DNA of 64,000 nt from Bacillota bacterium. Lineage in GTDB: Bacteria; Bacillota; Sulfobacillia; Fermentithermobacillales; Fermentithermobacillaceae. The position numbers and the translations under genes were made by a program. Numbering within the stretch: position 1 is the stretch's first letter; each line of letters begins with the position of its first letter. The stretch covers positions 10,446-74,445 of the forward strand of contig JAXGQX010000007.1 in NCBI GenBank assembly GCA_040766225.1, written 5' to 3'. Shown here piece after piece: positions 19,521 through 33,348 of the stretch. Under the pieces are notes generated by a model. The model made no database searches and was not told where the DNA came from. It saw nothing but the letters and a program-made list of their open reading frames with translations.

Positions 19521-20162
19521 CTAACGCTTGGCCATCCTAGATTCCCTGACGTTGAATCCGTTTCCGGCCAAGACTTTGACGAGCCGCCCAAAATGCTCGG
19601 TGCGTACCGTGATCTCGACAAACTTCAGATCGATGGCCTTTGATTGGAACGAGACCATGCCCAGGATATCTGCACCTTCACTCGATATTAGCGAAGTCAG
19701 TCTGGCAAGAGCCCCCTGGAAATCCTGGATCGGGACGGCTATACGGTGAGACGCTTTCTCGAGTCCGGCCCCCTTGATAAAGGCGCCCAACACGTTGTTC
19801 CTGGTCACGATCCCCATGAACCTGTCTCCTGATAGCACCGGAAGGAAGTCGTACCGAGAGTCGAGGAACTGGAACAACACCTCGTCAAGGAAATCAGTTA
19901 TACGGGCCACTTGAACATCGGTGATGATGTGGTCTTTGACCAGGTTCTGGCTCAGAAACCGCTCGCGGTCTCGCTCTTCCCCCTTGAAGAAGGTCTCGAA
20001 AACGGCCCTTCTCGTGATTACACCCAGAAACCCGCCCTCGTCCAAGACCGGGAGAGTCGTAAAACCGTAGTTTTCAAGATCTTGTAGCGCTTTCCCCAGA
20101 GTGTCCGAGGGACTGACCCAATGCACCTCATCCCTGGGCGTCATCAAAGCTTGTATGATCAT
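19521..20162 (-). CDS. CBS-pair protein with C-terminal ACT-like domain (AcuB-like)
   Basis: Two CBS motifs ('TTLPVLDEGGFLGVITRRAV' and 'DFLPVLSGDRFMGIVTRNNV'). The ATG at 20162 sits behind GGGGAGGAA. The 35-aa N-terminal extension in the track is probably not translated. Confidence 0.75.
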   Translation of the reverse strand: MIIQALMTPRDEVHWVSPSDTLGKALQDLENYGFTTLPVLDEGGFLGVITRRAVFETFFKGEERDRERFLSQNLVKDHIITDVQVARITDFLDEVLFQFLDSRYDFLPVLSGDRFMGIVTRNNVLGAFIKGAGLEKASHRIAVPIQDFQGALARLTSLISSEGADILGMVSFQSKAIDLKFVEITVRTEHFGRLVKVLAGNGFNVRESRMAKR

Positions 20163-20267
20163 GTCATATTCCTCCCCGTGTCTTGCCTTACATGATTTGA
20201 CACGGGCAGTCGGATCTCCTGCGAACGAGCGCAGCTGCGAGCCGCGTGTGCGCCGCGAGCCCTCCAA

Positions 20268-20622
20268 TCACGTCGCGTTTTCCAGTTTCTTGACCGCTTC
20301 TTCTACTGTAGAAACGAAGAACGCATCATTTCCCCTATTGCTTTCGTAGATGAGGTCAGCAAGGGTTGGCTGGTAGTGCAGTGGTCCCCAGCTTGATTGC
20401 GACTTTTGCGGTAGTTTACGAATTTCTGAAGGATCTCCTGCAAGGCCAGTGCTCAGTATGAAGAAGTCGCCAGGAAGCAGGTCTTATCTAGGACAAACTT
20501 TTCTGCAATCCGTATCATACGTCGCGGTAGAGATCAGATCAAGCGCTGACTGAACATCGACTATTCGCTCCGGGGGAATACCGAACTAGAGTTCTTCCAT
20601 GACCTAGAATAGTGTATTCCAT
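20268..20622 (-). pseudogene. DUF4180-family gene remnant (stops and frameshifts)
   Basis: ATG at 20622 behind GGGAGGTG. Fragments read 'MEYTILGHG', 'IVDVQSALDLISTATYDTDC', 'FFILSTGLAG' and 'LADLIYESNRGNDAFFVSTVEEAVKKLEN' across three frames with internal stops. Confidence 0.55.
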
Positions 20623-21051
20623 TGACACACCTCCCAAAAAGCGTCTCTAGACACCCTCCAACTCCCTCATTATAAGCCCTGTCGCTATCTGAAGGCCCTT
20701 ATCCGCCTGACCGCTAGTGTCTTCTGGGGACTACCGTCTGTAAACTTCGTCAACCATTTCTCGCACTTGCCCACCAGCAGCTCATGCATCTCGAGGCTGT
20801 TTCGTAGCGCCGACTCAAATATTGCCGCCAGTTTGTCGCCCATCTTCATCAAGCGAATTCTCTATGAGGGATACCGCTATGTGAAAACTCAAGCTGCCTG
20901 TCCACCCACTTCTTCTACCCAGGCTGCCCTCCTTTGAAACTGCCGCCTGTGCCTTTTCGCACTTGCCTATCGAGGACCTCAGAGTTCTAGCGGCGCGCCA
21001 ACTCCTCCCACGATGCCGCCTCCCATGCCTAAGGCTGTGTCATCGGAGAGC

Positions 21052-21402
21052 TCAACCCCTCAGAACCTTCTCCATCGGCTTGCCTTTTGCCAATTCGTCA
21101 ACCAGTTTGTCAAGCCACCTGATTTTCTGCATAAGCGGTGCTTGGATTTCCTCAACGCGATAACCGCAAATCACGCCCGAAATTTTGGCGGCGTTCGGGT
21201 TCATCCGCGGGGCTTCGTTAAAGAAGGTTTCGTAATCAATATTCCTCGCAATTTGCGTCTGCAGGGAGGAATCGTCATACCCCGTCAGCCAACAAATCAC
21301 GGCATCAACCTCGGATTTGGTGCGCCCTTTTCGCTCCGCCTTCTGGACGAGTAGGGGGTAGACCTTCGAAAACGCCATCTTGTATACGTGCTGGTTTGTC
21401 AT
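21052..21402 (-). CDS. DUF2200 domain-containing protein
   Basis: 'MAFSKVYPLLVQKAERKGRTKSEVDAVICWLTGY...RWLDKLVDELAKGKPMEKVLR' matches my recollection of the DUF2200 family. Confidence 0.7.
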   Translation of the reverse strand: MTNQHVYKMAFSKVYPLLVQKAERKGRTKSEVDAVICWLTGYDDSSLQTQIARNIDYETFFNEAPRMNPNAAKISGVICGYRVEEIQAPLMQKIRWLDKLVDELAKGKPMEKVLRG

Positions 21403-21659
21403 GAAGCATCAATCCCTTTCCCTAGCTCAGACCACGACAGTCCATTTCCCGAACTGCACTTCGCCTGGAGGGTTGATATCTCGCCATTATCGACAGCCTT
21501 TATGTAAGGGTACTTCGATGATATGTGTATGATTCTCGTCTGAAATTCCTCTGGAGCCGGCACTACATATTCAAATGAAACCGCGGTGTTTAGGACATAG
21601 GGTGCGTATATCAAAAGCAGTTCGGACGCATCTTCTATAATCACTCTTTCTATTCTCAT
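21399..21659 (-). pseudogene. GNAT N-acetyltransferase, 5' fragment only (about half length)
   Basis: 'MRIERVIIEDASELLLIYAPYVLNTAVSFEYVVPAPEEFQTRI...YPYIKAVDNGEI' resembles the N-terminal half of phosphinothricin-type GNATs. The acetyl-CoA-binding half is absent, and the ORF stops at an ATGA overlap with the DUF2200 gene. Confidence 0.55.
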
Positions 21660-21706
21660 ATGTATAACCCCTTGTGTAGGTATGGCCTCTTCAGTAATCT
21701 AGGGAC

Positions 21707-23143
21707 TTACACCTTTGACATCAGACAAACCGTCTCAACATGCGGCGTCATAGGGAACATATCGATGGGCTGGCAATAGGTAGGTTTCCATCCGAGGGCG
21801 CCTAGAGTAATGAGGTCTCGGGCAAGGGTGGCCGGATTGCAGGATACGTAGACTATGCTTCGGGGGTTGAACTTGCTGATGGCAGTCAGGGCGCGTTCCT
21901 CCGCCCCCGCCCTCGGCGGGTCAAGGATGACTACTCCCGGAGAAGACCTACCCGGACGTCCGAAACGCGCCTTCCTCATTGTCCTTCCGCGGGAATCCCT
22001 CATATTGGAGACACCTTGAGACAAAGCCGGCAAAACTCTCTCGGCCTGCCCGTCGATAAACGAGACGTTGGTTATCCCGTTTATCTCGGCATTCTTCCGC
22101 GCATCCTCTACTGCGGGTGCTACTTCCTCAATGCCAACCGCGTGAGAGGCCCGCTTGGCCGCGAACAGCGTTATGGTCCCGATTCCCGAGTATACGTCAT
22201 ACACGACGTCATCCGCACCTATTTGGGCTGCGTCCAACGCTTCTTCGTAGAGCCGTACCGCCTGCTCGGAGTTCACTTGATAGAAAGACTGGGGCGATAT
22301 CCGGAACTTCAGATGGCCCAAACTCTCGCTCCCCAGTAGGTCCTCGATGTATGGTTTTCCGCCGAGGATCCGTCCGGTCCTCCCCAAGATGATGTTGGTG
22401 CGTTCCATGTTGATATTGAGGGCCACGCTCTTTAGGCCACGAAGCCTTTCAGCCAGTTCACGTGCGAATTCAGCTTCATTCGGCAGCTTCTGTCCATTGA
22501 TGACCAAGACCGCCATGCGCTCTCCAGTCCCCGGGGCAACCCTAGAGACTACATGGCGCACAAGTCCACGCCCCGTCTTTTCGTTATAGACCGAGTACTT
22601 CTTCTGGCGGATGACGTCTATCATCGCTGACACGACTTCCCGAGCAAGCGGATGCTCCAGAGGGCAGTCCTCAGAGGAAACCACTTGATGGGTGTAGGGG
22701 CGGAAGAAGCCGGCTACGACCTTGCCGTCTGTAACGGTCAACGGTACCTCGACCTTGTTCCTGTAACCGAGGACTCTTGGCGACGGTATGCACGGGCAAA
22801 TCTCCAAGTCTCTTATCTTGGCGATGCGGGCGAAGGCCTCTTCCACTATCCGGCGCTTCCACTCCAGCTGAAGGTCGTAGTCCAGGTGTTGCCACGCGCA
22901 CCCGCCGCAGTCTTTGGCCACCGGGCATACCTCTTCGACGCGACCCGGACCGCTCTCTATTACATTTGTTACCTTCCCTCGAAGAAAGCCCTTCTTGCGT
23001 TCGAGGTCCACGTACTCGACCACATCGCCGGGTGCCGTGCCTTGAAGAAATACAACAAGCCCCTTATCGGGGCCAGATAAGACTCTACCAACACCTTCGC
23101 CGCGATGATTTAGGCCTGTAACCTGCGCTCTGTTTACCGCCAA
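21707..23143 (-). CDS. rlmD: 23S rRNA (uracil-5-)-methyltransferase, RlmD/RumA family (TRAM + 4Fe-4S + SAM MTase)
   Basis: 'VTGLNHRGEGVGRV' (TRAM), 'CPVAKDCGGCAWQHLDY' (cluster), 'VILDPPRAG' and 'VYVSCNPATLARD'. The track ORF starts at 23230 inside murB; the TTG at 23143 is a more plausible start. Confidence 0.85.
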   Translation of the reverse strand: MAVNRAQVTGLNHRGEGVGRVLSGPDKGLVVFLQGTAPGDVVEYVDLERKKGFLRGKVTNVIESGPGRVEEVCPVAKDCGGCAWQHLDYDLQLEWKRRIVEEAFARIAKIRDLEICPCIPSPRVLGYRNKVEVPLTVTDGKVVAGFFRPYTHQVVSSEDCPLEHPLAREVVSAMIDVIRQKKYSVYNEKTGRGLVRHVVSRVAPGTGERMAVLVINGQKLPNEAEFARELAERLRGLKSVALNINMERTNIILGRTGRILGGKPYIEDLLGSESLGHLKFRISPQSFYQVNSEQAVRLYEEALDAAQIGADDVVYDVYSGIGTITLFAAKRASHAVGIEEVAPAVEDARKNAEINGITNVSFIDGQAERVLPALSQGVSNMRDSRGRTMRKARFGRPGRSSPGVVILDPPRAGAEERALTAISKFNPRSIVYVSCNPATLARDLITLGALGWKPTYCQPIDMFPMTPHVETVCLMSKV

Positions 23144-23162
23144 AGGGAATCTTCTCGCATTC

Positions 23163-24104
23163 TCACTCTGTTGGTGGTGGGGGACCGTCCTCGCCCATGA
23201 CCATGACTTCAGGTTCCAAATCCACTCCAAAAGCCTCTTTGACTCTAGCCTGGATGATGGACATCAACGTGAGAACGTCCTTGGCGGTAGCGTTCCCCAC
23301 ATTCACGATGAAACCGGCGTGCCTCTCTGATACCTGCGCTCCTCCGTACCGAAGCCCCTTCATCCCCAAGGTGTCTATCATGGACCCTACATAGTGGCCC
23401 TGTGGACGCCTGAAGGCGCTCCCGGCCGAAGGCTTATCCAAAGGCTGCTTCTCTTCTCTTTCCTTGGCGCGAGACAGCATGATCTCATATATGGACTTGC
23501 GGTCTCCCTTAGCGAGGCCCAGTTCTACTCCCAACACAAGGAGGTCGCTTCTAGACTGAAAGAGAGAATGCCTATAAGAAAACTGCAGATCGTCGTTAGT
23601 GAACCAACGAAGGCCATCGTCTAAAGAAGCAGCCTGGACCCGGGTCACGAGGGAACCGAAGTCGCCCCCGTAGGCGCCGGCGTTCATTGTTACCGCGCCT
23701 CCAACGCTGCCGGGTATGCCGACCGCAAACTCAAGGCCTGATAGTTCGTTCTCCAAAGCGGCCTGCACAAGCCTGGGAAGAAGCGTGCCCGACTTGGCGA
23801 ACAAGGTCGCGCTGCCGTTCCTCTCTATGCCGGTGAGGCCGGGAGCCATCTTTATGAGACACCCTCTGATACCGCCATCTCTCACGAGAAGGTTGGTCCC
23901 GTTTCCCACTATCTGGCAAGGCACTCGAAGGTCGCGACACATAGTCCAGGCCAAAATCGCATCTTCCACAGTGTTAGGAAGGACAAGGAGATCGCAAGGA
24001 CCTCCGATTCGAAACGATGTATGGTTTGCCATCGGTTCAGAGAAAAGCACGCGAGAATCGCTAAGTTTCGTAGCGATGCTCACGAGGCTTTCGTCTCTGC
24101 TCAT
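23163..24104 (-). CDS. murB: UDP-N-acetylenolpyruvoylglucosamine reductase
   Basis: 'MANHTSFRIGGPCDLLVLP', 'IVGNGTNLLVRDGGIRG' and 'GSAFRRP'. 313 aa. Confidence 0.92.
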   Translation of the reverse strand: MSRDESLVSIATKLSDSRVLFSEPMANHTSFRIGGPCDLLVLPNTVEDAILAWTMCRDLRVPCQIVGNGTNLLVRDGGIRGCLIKMAPGLTGIERNGSATLFAKSGTLLPRLVQAALENELSGLEFAVGIPGSVGGAVTMNAGAYGGDFGSLVTRVQAASLDDGLRWFTNDDLQFSYRHSLFQSRSDLLVLGVELGLAKGDRKSIYEIMLSRAKEREEKQPLDKPSAGSAFRRPQGHYVGSMIDTLGMKGLRYGGAQVSERHAGFIVNVGNATAKDVLTLMSIIQARVKEAFGVDLEPEVMVMGEDGPPPPTE

Positions 24105-24146
24105 CCCTAACCCCCCTAATCCCCCGTATAAAGACTATGCCTCCGC

Positions 24147-25598
24147 TTAATATAGTATCTTCTCTCTTAACATTATGTTCACCTTCGCGGGATTGGCTTT
24201 GCCTTTGCTCACCTTCATGACCTGGCCAACCAGAAACCCTAGGACCTTGTCCTTACCTGCCCTAAGTTCGGCCACCACATCCGGATTGGCCAAAATGACC
24301 GAATCTACGATGGCGCTCAGGCTCGCATCATCAGACACCTGCTCTAACCCTTCTTCTTTCACGATGTCTCCTGGCGCTTTCCCGGTCACGAACATCTTTA
24401 TGAGGACATCCTTGGCAATTTTCCCACTAATCACGCCGTCTTTTTGGAGTTTTAACATAGCCACCAGATGCTCGGGGGTAACCGGAATCTCCTCATACCT
24501 GAGATTGTTGGCGTTCATATAAGCCATGATGTCCCCCATCAGCCAGTTGGATACCGCCTTGGGCTCCCCTCCCAGTTCTACGGCGCGATCGAAGAACCTG
24601 ACCAGATTTGGGTCCACCGTTAGGACCTCCGCATCGTATGGCGGTAGCCCTAGTTCCTTGACGTAAAACTGGGCCACTTGGTTCGGGAGACGCGGCATTA
24701 CCTTTCGCACAGATTCCACAAACTCCTCATCTAGAAGAAGAGGGGCTAAGTCGGGGTCCGGGAAGTATCGGTAGTCCTGGCTGGACTCCTTGGTACGAAG
24801 CGAGGCGGTTACTCCCTTGTCCTCGTCCCAGTGCCTGGTCTCGCGCACTATCGGCTGACCCTGTTCGAGAGCCCTAGATTGCCTTTCGTACTCGTAGGTC
24901 ACCGCTCGAGTCACTGCCCTGAACGAACTCAGGTTCTTCAACTCTACCGGGACACCCATTTGGGTCTGGCCGGGTCTCCGTACGGACACGTTGCAGTCGA
25001 CGCGCATGGACCCTTCTTCCATCTTGACGTCTGACACGCCGGCGAACCGAAGAGTACGCTGCATCTTCTCCAGATACTCCCGGGTCTCATCGGGAGAGGA
25101 AAGGTCCGGCTCGGAAACGATCTCCGCCAAAGGCACGCCGCTGCGGTTGTAGTCCAGGTATGAGTATGCAGCGGTAGTAATATCATCGCCCGCATGTATT
25201 GACTTTCCCGCGTCCTCCTCCAGGTGGAGCCGACGGATTCGTATCTTCTTGCCGCTATCCAATACGATGTGGCCCGCGACCGCCAAGGGTTCGTCAAACT
25301 GGGTGATCTGATAGGCCTTGGGTAGGTCGGGGTAGAAATAGTTTTTCCTGTCAAACCGGCTGGACAAGTTCACCGTGCAGTTCAGGGCCAGGGCGGTCAT
25401 CACTCCCAACCGGACGGCTTCCCGGTTTGCCACGGGCAAAGCGCCGGGCAATCCGGTGCATACGGGGCAAATGTTTGTGTTGGGAGGATCGCCGAAATCG
25501 GTCTTGCAGCGGCAGAACATCTTGGAAGCCGTCGCCAGCTCGACGTGGACCTCAAGACCTACACTGAGTTCGTATGGTGTCTCTGACAACGACTTCAC
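24147..25598 (-). CDS. gatB: Asp-tRNA(Asn)/Glu-tRNA(Gln) amidotransferase subunit B
   Basis: 'YELSVGLEVHVELAT.SKMFC' and 'CPVCTGLPGALPV'. 483 aa, with GTG start behind GAGGAG. Confidence 0.93.
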   Translation of the reverse strand: MKSLSETPYELSVGLEVHVELATASKMFCRCKTDFGDPPNTNICPVCTGLPGALPVANREAVRLGVMTALALNCTVNLSSRFDRKNYFYPDLPKAYQITQFDEPLAVAGHIVLDSGKKIRIRRLHLEEDAGKSIHAGDDITTAAYSYLDYNRSGVPLAEIVSEPDLSSPDETREYLEKMQRTLRFAGVSDVKMEEGSMRVDCNVSVRRPGQTQMGVPVELKNLSSFRAVTRAVTYEYERQSRALEQGQPIVRETRHWDEDKGVTASLRTKESSQDYRYFPDPDLAPLLLDEEFVESVRKVMPRLPNQVAQFYVKELGLPPYDAEVLTVDPNLVRFFDRAVELGGEPKAVSNWLMGDIMAYMNANNLRYEEIPVTPEHLVAMLKLQKDGVISGKIAKDVLIKMFVTGKAPGDIVKEEGLEQVSDDASLSAIVDSVILANPDVVAELRAGKDKVLGFLVGQVMKVSKGKANPAKVNIMLREKILY

Positions 25599-27100
25599 AC
25601 TCCTCTTGGGAAGATAGACCGCGCCGCATAGCGACCGTCTTCGGCATTAGCCGGTCACAGGACTCCTCTTCAAAAGCGTATCCCACAGCTAAGACCGTCT
25701 CTTCGTCGTAAGGCTTGCCCATAATCTGAAGACCGCAAGGCAAGGGAGCTTCAGTCTCCTCCGGTTGAGAAAAGCCGCAGGGCACCGAGAGAGCGGGTAT
25801 GCCTGCCAAGTTGACCGGCACGGTCAAGACATCGGCGGCGTACATGGACAAGGGGTCGTCCACCCTTTCGCCGATTTTGAACGCGACGGTAGGCGTCGTG
25901 GGAGACAGCAGGATGTCGAACTTGGCGAAGGCGTCCTCGAAATCGCGGCGAACTAAGGTGCGTATCTTGGCCGCCCTAAGGTAGTAAGCGTCGTAGTAGC
26001 CCGCGGACAGAGCGAACGTCCCCAGCATGATGCGGCGCTGCACCTCTTTGCCGAATCCTTTCCCCCGTGTCTCGTAGTACATTTCGGTCAAGTCGCGGGC
26101 ATAAGCCCGTCGTCCGTACCGAACACCGTCGAACCTGGCCAGGTTAGAAGACGCTTCCGAGGGGGCGATGATGTAGTATATGTCCAGACAATACTCGATG
26201 GTAGACAGAGTCGTCTCAACGACGGTCACACCCAGATCCGACAGGATCCTAAGCGCCGCGTCGAACTCGCGTCTCACTCCGGGGTCTGTGACGAGTTCAA
26301 GCATTTCACGAGGGACACCCGCTACCAGACCTTTGACCGGCTTCTCCAGCCGTTTCGTGTACGGCGGCACCGGGCTCTTGGACGAAGTACTGTCGCGAAC
26401 GTCCTCGCCCGCCATGACTTCCAGGGCAAGCGCGCAGTCATAGACGCTGTTGCCAAAAGGACCTATCTGGTCCAAAGATGAGCCGAAGGCCACCAGGCCG
26501 TATCGTGAAACCCGGCCGTATGTAGGTTTCAGACCGCAAATCCCCGTGAAGCTGGCCGGCTGCCTTATCGACCCACCTGTGTCCGAACCCAAGGATAACG
26601 GCACCATCCCGCGGCAACGGCCGCGGCGGAGCCCCCGCTGGAACCGCCGGGCACTCTCTGGAGGTCCAGGGATTGCGGGTAACCCCAAAAGCCGAGTTCT
26701 CGGTGGAAGACCCCATGGCGAACTCGTCGCAGTTCGTCTTGCCGGTGAACACCGCTCCGGCCTTGCGAAGCTTCTTGACCGCCGTGGCGTCGTACGGCGA
26801 CACGTATCCTTCCAGAATACGCGACCCGCATGTGCACTGGGCGCCTTTCATGTTCAAATTGTCCTTAAGACCTACCGGAAGCCCGGCCAAAAGGCCGGGG
26901 TCCTCGCCTCGCATTATGGAGGCGTCCACTCTTGCGGCATCCAACCTAGCCTGGGGTTCAACCAGGTCGAGATAGGCGCCGATCTTAGGCTCGACCTCCG
27001 CCGTCCTGGCCAAGTAGGAATCCAAGACCTCTTGCGCCGATATCTCCCTGGTCAGTACCTTCTCCCTAATGCTCTTCGCCCCAAGTTCCCAGATCTCCAT
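25552..27100 (-). CDS. gatA: Glu-tRNA(Gln) amidotransferase subunit A; two frame breaks near 26610-26690
   Basis: Fragment 1: 'GLPVGLKDNLNMKG..CTCGSRILEGYVSPYDATAV...GKTNCDEFAMGSSTENSAFG'. A middle frame reads 'RVPGGSSGGSAAAVAAG'. Fragment 2: 'MVPLSLGSDTGGSIRQPASF'. The annotated stop overlaps gatB by 47 nt, so the 3' end may also carry an indel. Confidence 0.88.
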
Positions 27101-27121
27101 GAGTACCACTCCCCGGCTTCC

Positions 27122-27430
27122 TTACTCTGAACCCTCCGGCATGTCCTCCGGCGTTCCTTCCCTCGGTACCGAAACATACGGACCTTCAGATGAAGGCGCC
27201 AGTTTGAGCAACTCTTCCCGGGGTAGTCCGGAAACGGCGCGGTCTTGGTCCAGAACGAGATTCTTTACGTCGCCGGCTCCAAAAGTCGGCTCAACTCCCT
27301 CTACATTCACCGCTTGAAGCCGCTCTATGTGCGTGAGAATTGACTTAAGGTCAGATTCCAAGCGCTTTGTCTCTTCCTCCGAGAGTCTAAGCCGCGCCAA
27401 GTCCGCCACGTGCTTGACGTCTATCTCCAC
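27122..27430 (-). CDS. gatC: Glu-tRNA(Gln) amidotransferase subunit C
   Basis: 'VKHVADLARLRLSEEE...L..IL.HIERLQAVNVEGVEP'. 102 aa, immediately upstream of gatA. Confidence 0.85.
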   Translation of the reverse strand: MEIDVKHVADLARLRLSEEETKRLESDLKSILTHIERLQAVNVEGVEPTFGAGDVKNLVLDQDRAVSGLPREELLKLAPSSEGPYVSVPREGTPEDMPEGSE

Positions 27431-27451
27431 AAGAACCCCCCCAAACTACGA

Positions 27452-31442
<3,991 letters not shown>

Positions 31443-31583
31443 CTAAACACCGCCGCACTCATTCTGTAACACTCCAATTATAGCGGATTGAGATAAGGCT
31501 TTTAAGGTCGCCTCCGGCCAAAACCTTTACGAACAGCGAACCTTGGTCCTTCTAGCAGGAGTCTCGGCAGAGACGAAGAATAT

Positions 31584-31612
31584 TTGTTGTTTGGGCACCT
31601 GTTTGTTAAGAT
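31584..31612 (+). promoter_or_regulatory. candidate sigma-A promoter for the XPB operon
   Basis: TTGTTG (31584-31589), a 17-nt spacer, then TAAGAT (31607-31612), 30 nt upstream of the start codon. The match to consensus is weak. Confidence 0.25.
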
Positions 31613-31641
31613 GATCTTTCAGAGCATTAAGGGGAGGACAC

Positions 31642-33348
31642 ATGCGCGAGGGAACACCGGCGGTAGTTCAGAGTGACGGCACTATCCTGCTTGAGGTAGA
31701 TAACCCGGCCTTCGAGGAGGCCAGGGATAGCCTCATGCGCTTCTCGGATCTTGTGAAAAGCCCTGAATACATACACACATACCGGCTTTCTCCGCTCTCT
31801 TTATGGAACGCTGCCTCGTGCGGCCTAACAGCACAAGAAGTAACCGAAGCTCTTGAAGCGGTGTCTAGGTATGAGGTGCCTACGAGCATAAAGACGTTCA
31901 TCGCCGACACCATGCAAAAATACGGCATCCTAACCCTGCATAGCGATGGCGAAGGTCTAACGCTTAAGTCCAAAGACGTTTTTGTCCTTGAGGAAGTTAA
32001 GAGGTCGGATAAGACTTCGCCTTTCATTGAAGCTGTAACATCCGACGGAACCCTGATAATACGCCAAAACGCCCGTGGTTCGCTAAAGCAGGCCCTTATC
32101 AAGATGGGCTACCCGTGTGAAGACCTGGCGGGCTACAAAGCGGGAGATCCACTTTCCCTCCGTTTTGGCAAAGCCCTGCCGTCAGGTAAAGAGTACTCGC
32201 TTAGGCCCTACCAAAAAGATGCTCGCGATGCCTTTTGGGCCGGCGGCAGCGCCCGGGGAGGAAGCGGAGTAGTGGTCCTCCCTTGCGGGGCGGGTAAGAC
32301 CATCGTGGGTATGGGAGTCATGGAGAAGGTGGGCATGCAGACCCTCATACTCACCACCAACGTAGTGGCGCTCAGACAGTGGATTTCCGAGCTCCTGGAC
32401 AAGACAGACCTGACGGCCGATATGGTGAAAGAATATAGCGGTGAGTGCAAAGAGATCGGGCCGGTTACGGTTTCCACCTATCAGATACTCACATACAGGA
32501 AAAGAGGCGGAAACCCCGAGTACCCTCACTTCGAACTGTTTGACCGTCGCAATTGGGGCTTGATCATCTACGACGAGGTCCACCTATTGCCCGCGCCGGT
32601 GTTCCGGATAACTGCCGATCTTCAGGCAAGGCGAAGGCTGGGACTTACCGCCACATTGGTCCGGGAAGACGGACGGGAAGACGAGGTCTTCAGCCTCATC
32701 GGACCGAAGAAGTTCGATAAGCCGTGGAAAGAGCTTGAGGAGCAAAATTGGATCGCTCAGGCACGCTGCCACGAAATCAGGGTGGATCTATCCCCCGAAG
32801 ACCGTCTCGAATACGCCGTCGCTCAGGAACGGGATAAGTACCGGATAGCGGCGACCAACCAGAACAAACTGGTGATCTTGAGGCACATCCTTGAAAGGCA
32901 TAGAGAAGACCAGGTACTTGTCATCGGTCAGTATCTGGACCAGCTGGAACACATATCGAAAGAACTAGGCGCTCCGCTCCTGTGCGGCCAGACCTCCAAC
33001 GCTGAACGCGAGGTCCTTTACGGCGACTTCAAGGAGGGCCGTCTCAAGACGCTTGTGGTCTCCAAAGTAGCCAACTTTTCGGTGGACCTGCCCGACGCGA
33101 ACGTGGCAATACAGGTTTCGGGCACGTTTGGTTCTCGGCAAGAAGAAGCGCAGCGGCTTGGGAGGCTCCTAAGGCCTAAACCCCAGGGAGATGCGGCCAC
33201 CTTTTACTCGCTGGTTACACGCAATACGAAGGACCAGGATTTTTCCCAGAAGAGGCAACTCTTTCTCACCGAGCAGGGGTACAAGTACACCATTTGGGAG
33301 GCCGGGCATTTCATAGAGGCTCAGGGCAAGGAGACGAGCAGAAGATGA
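31642..33348 (+). CDS. XPB/Ssl2 (ERCC3)-type SF2 DNA helicase
   Basis: 'LRPYQKDA', 'VLPCGAGKT', 'IIYDEVHLLPA', 'LGLTATLVRED' and 'FGSRQEEAQRLGRLLR'. The N-terminal domain resembles Helicase_C_3. Confidence 0.85.
   Translation: MREGTPAVVQSDGTILLEVDNPAFEEARDSLMRFSDLVKSPEYIHTYRLSPLSLWNAASCGLTAQEVTEALEAVSRYEVPTSIKTFIADTMQKYGILTLHSDGEGLTLKSKDVFVLEEVKRSDKTSPFIEAVTSDGTLIIRQNARGSLKQALIKMGYPCEDLAGYKAGDPLSLRFGKALPSGKEYSLRPYQKDARDAFWAGGSARGGSGVVVLPCGAGKTIVGMGVMEKVGMQTLILTTNVVALRQWISELLDKTDLTADMVKEYSGECKEIGPVTVSTYQILTYRKRGGNPEYPHFELFDRRNWGLIIYDEVHLLPAPVFRITADLQARRRLGLTATLVREDGREDEVFSLIGPKKFDKPWKELEEQNWIAQARCHEIRVDLSPEDRLEYAVAQERDKYRIAATNQNKLVILRHILERHREDQVLVIGQYLDQLEHISKELGAPLLCGQTSNAEREVLYGDFKEGRLKTLVVSKVANFSVDLPDANVAIQVSGTFGSRQEEAQRLGRLLRPKPQGDAATFYSLVTRNTKDQDFSQKRQLFLTEQGYKYTIWEAGHFIEAQGKETSRR

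Noticed and set aside
31578-31592. LexA/Cheo-box-like sequence AGAATATTTGTTGT in the pcrA/XPB divergent region.
   Set aside because: Only 6 of 8 core positions match GAAC-N4-GTTC, and both critical C/G ends are missing. It overlaps the candidate -35 box and is probably just AT-rich promoter sequence.
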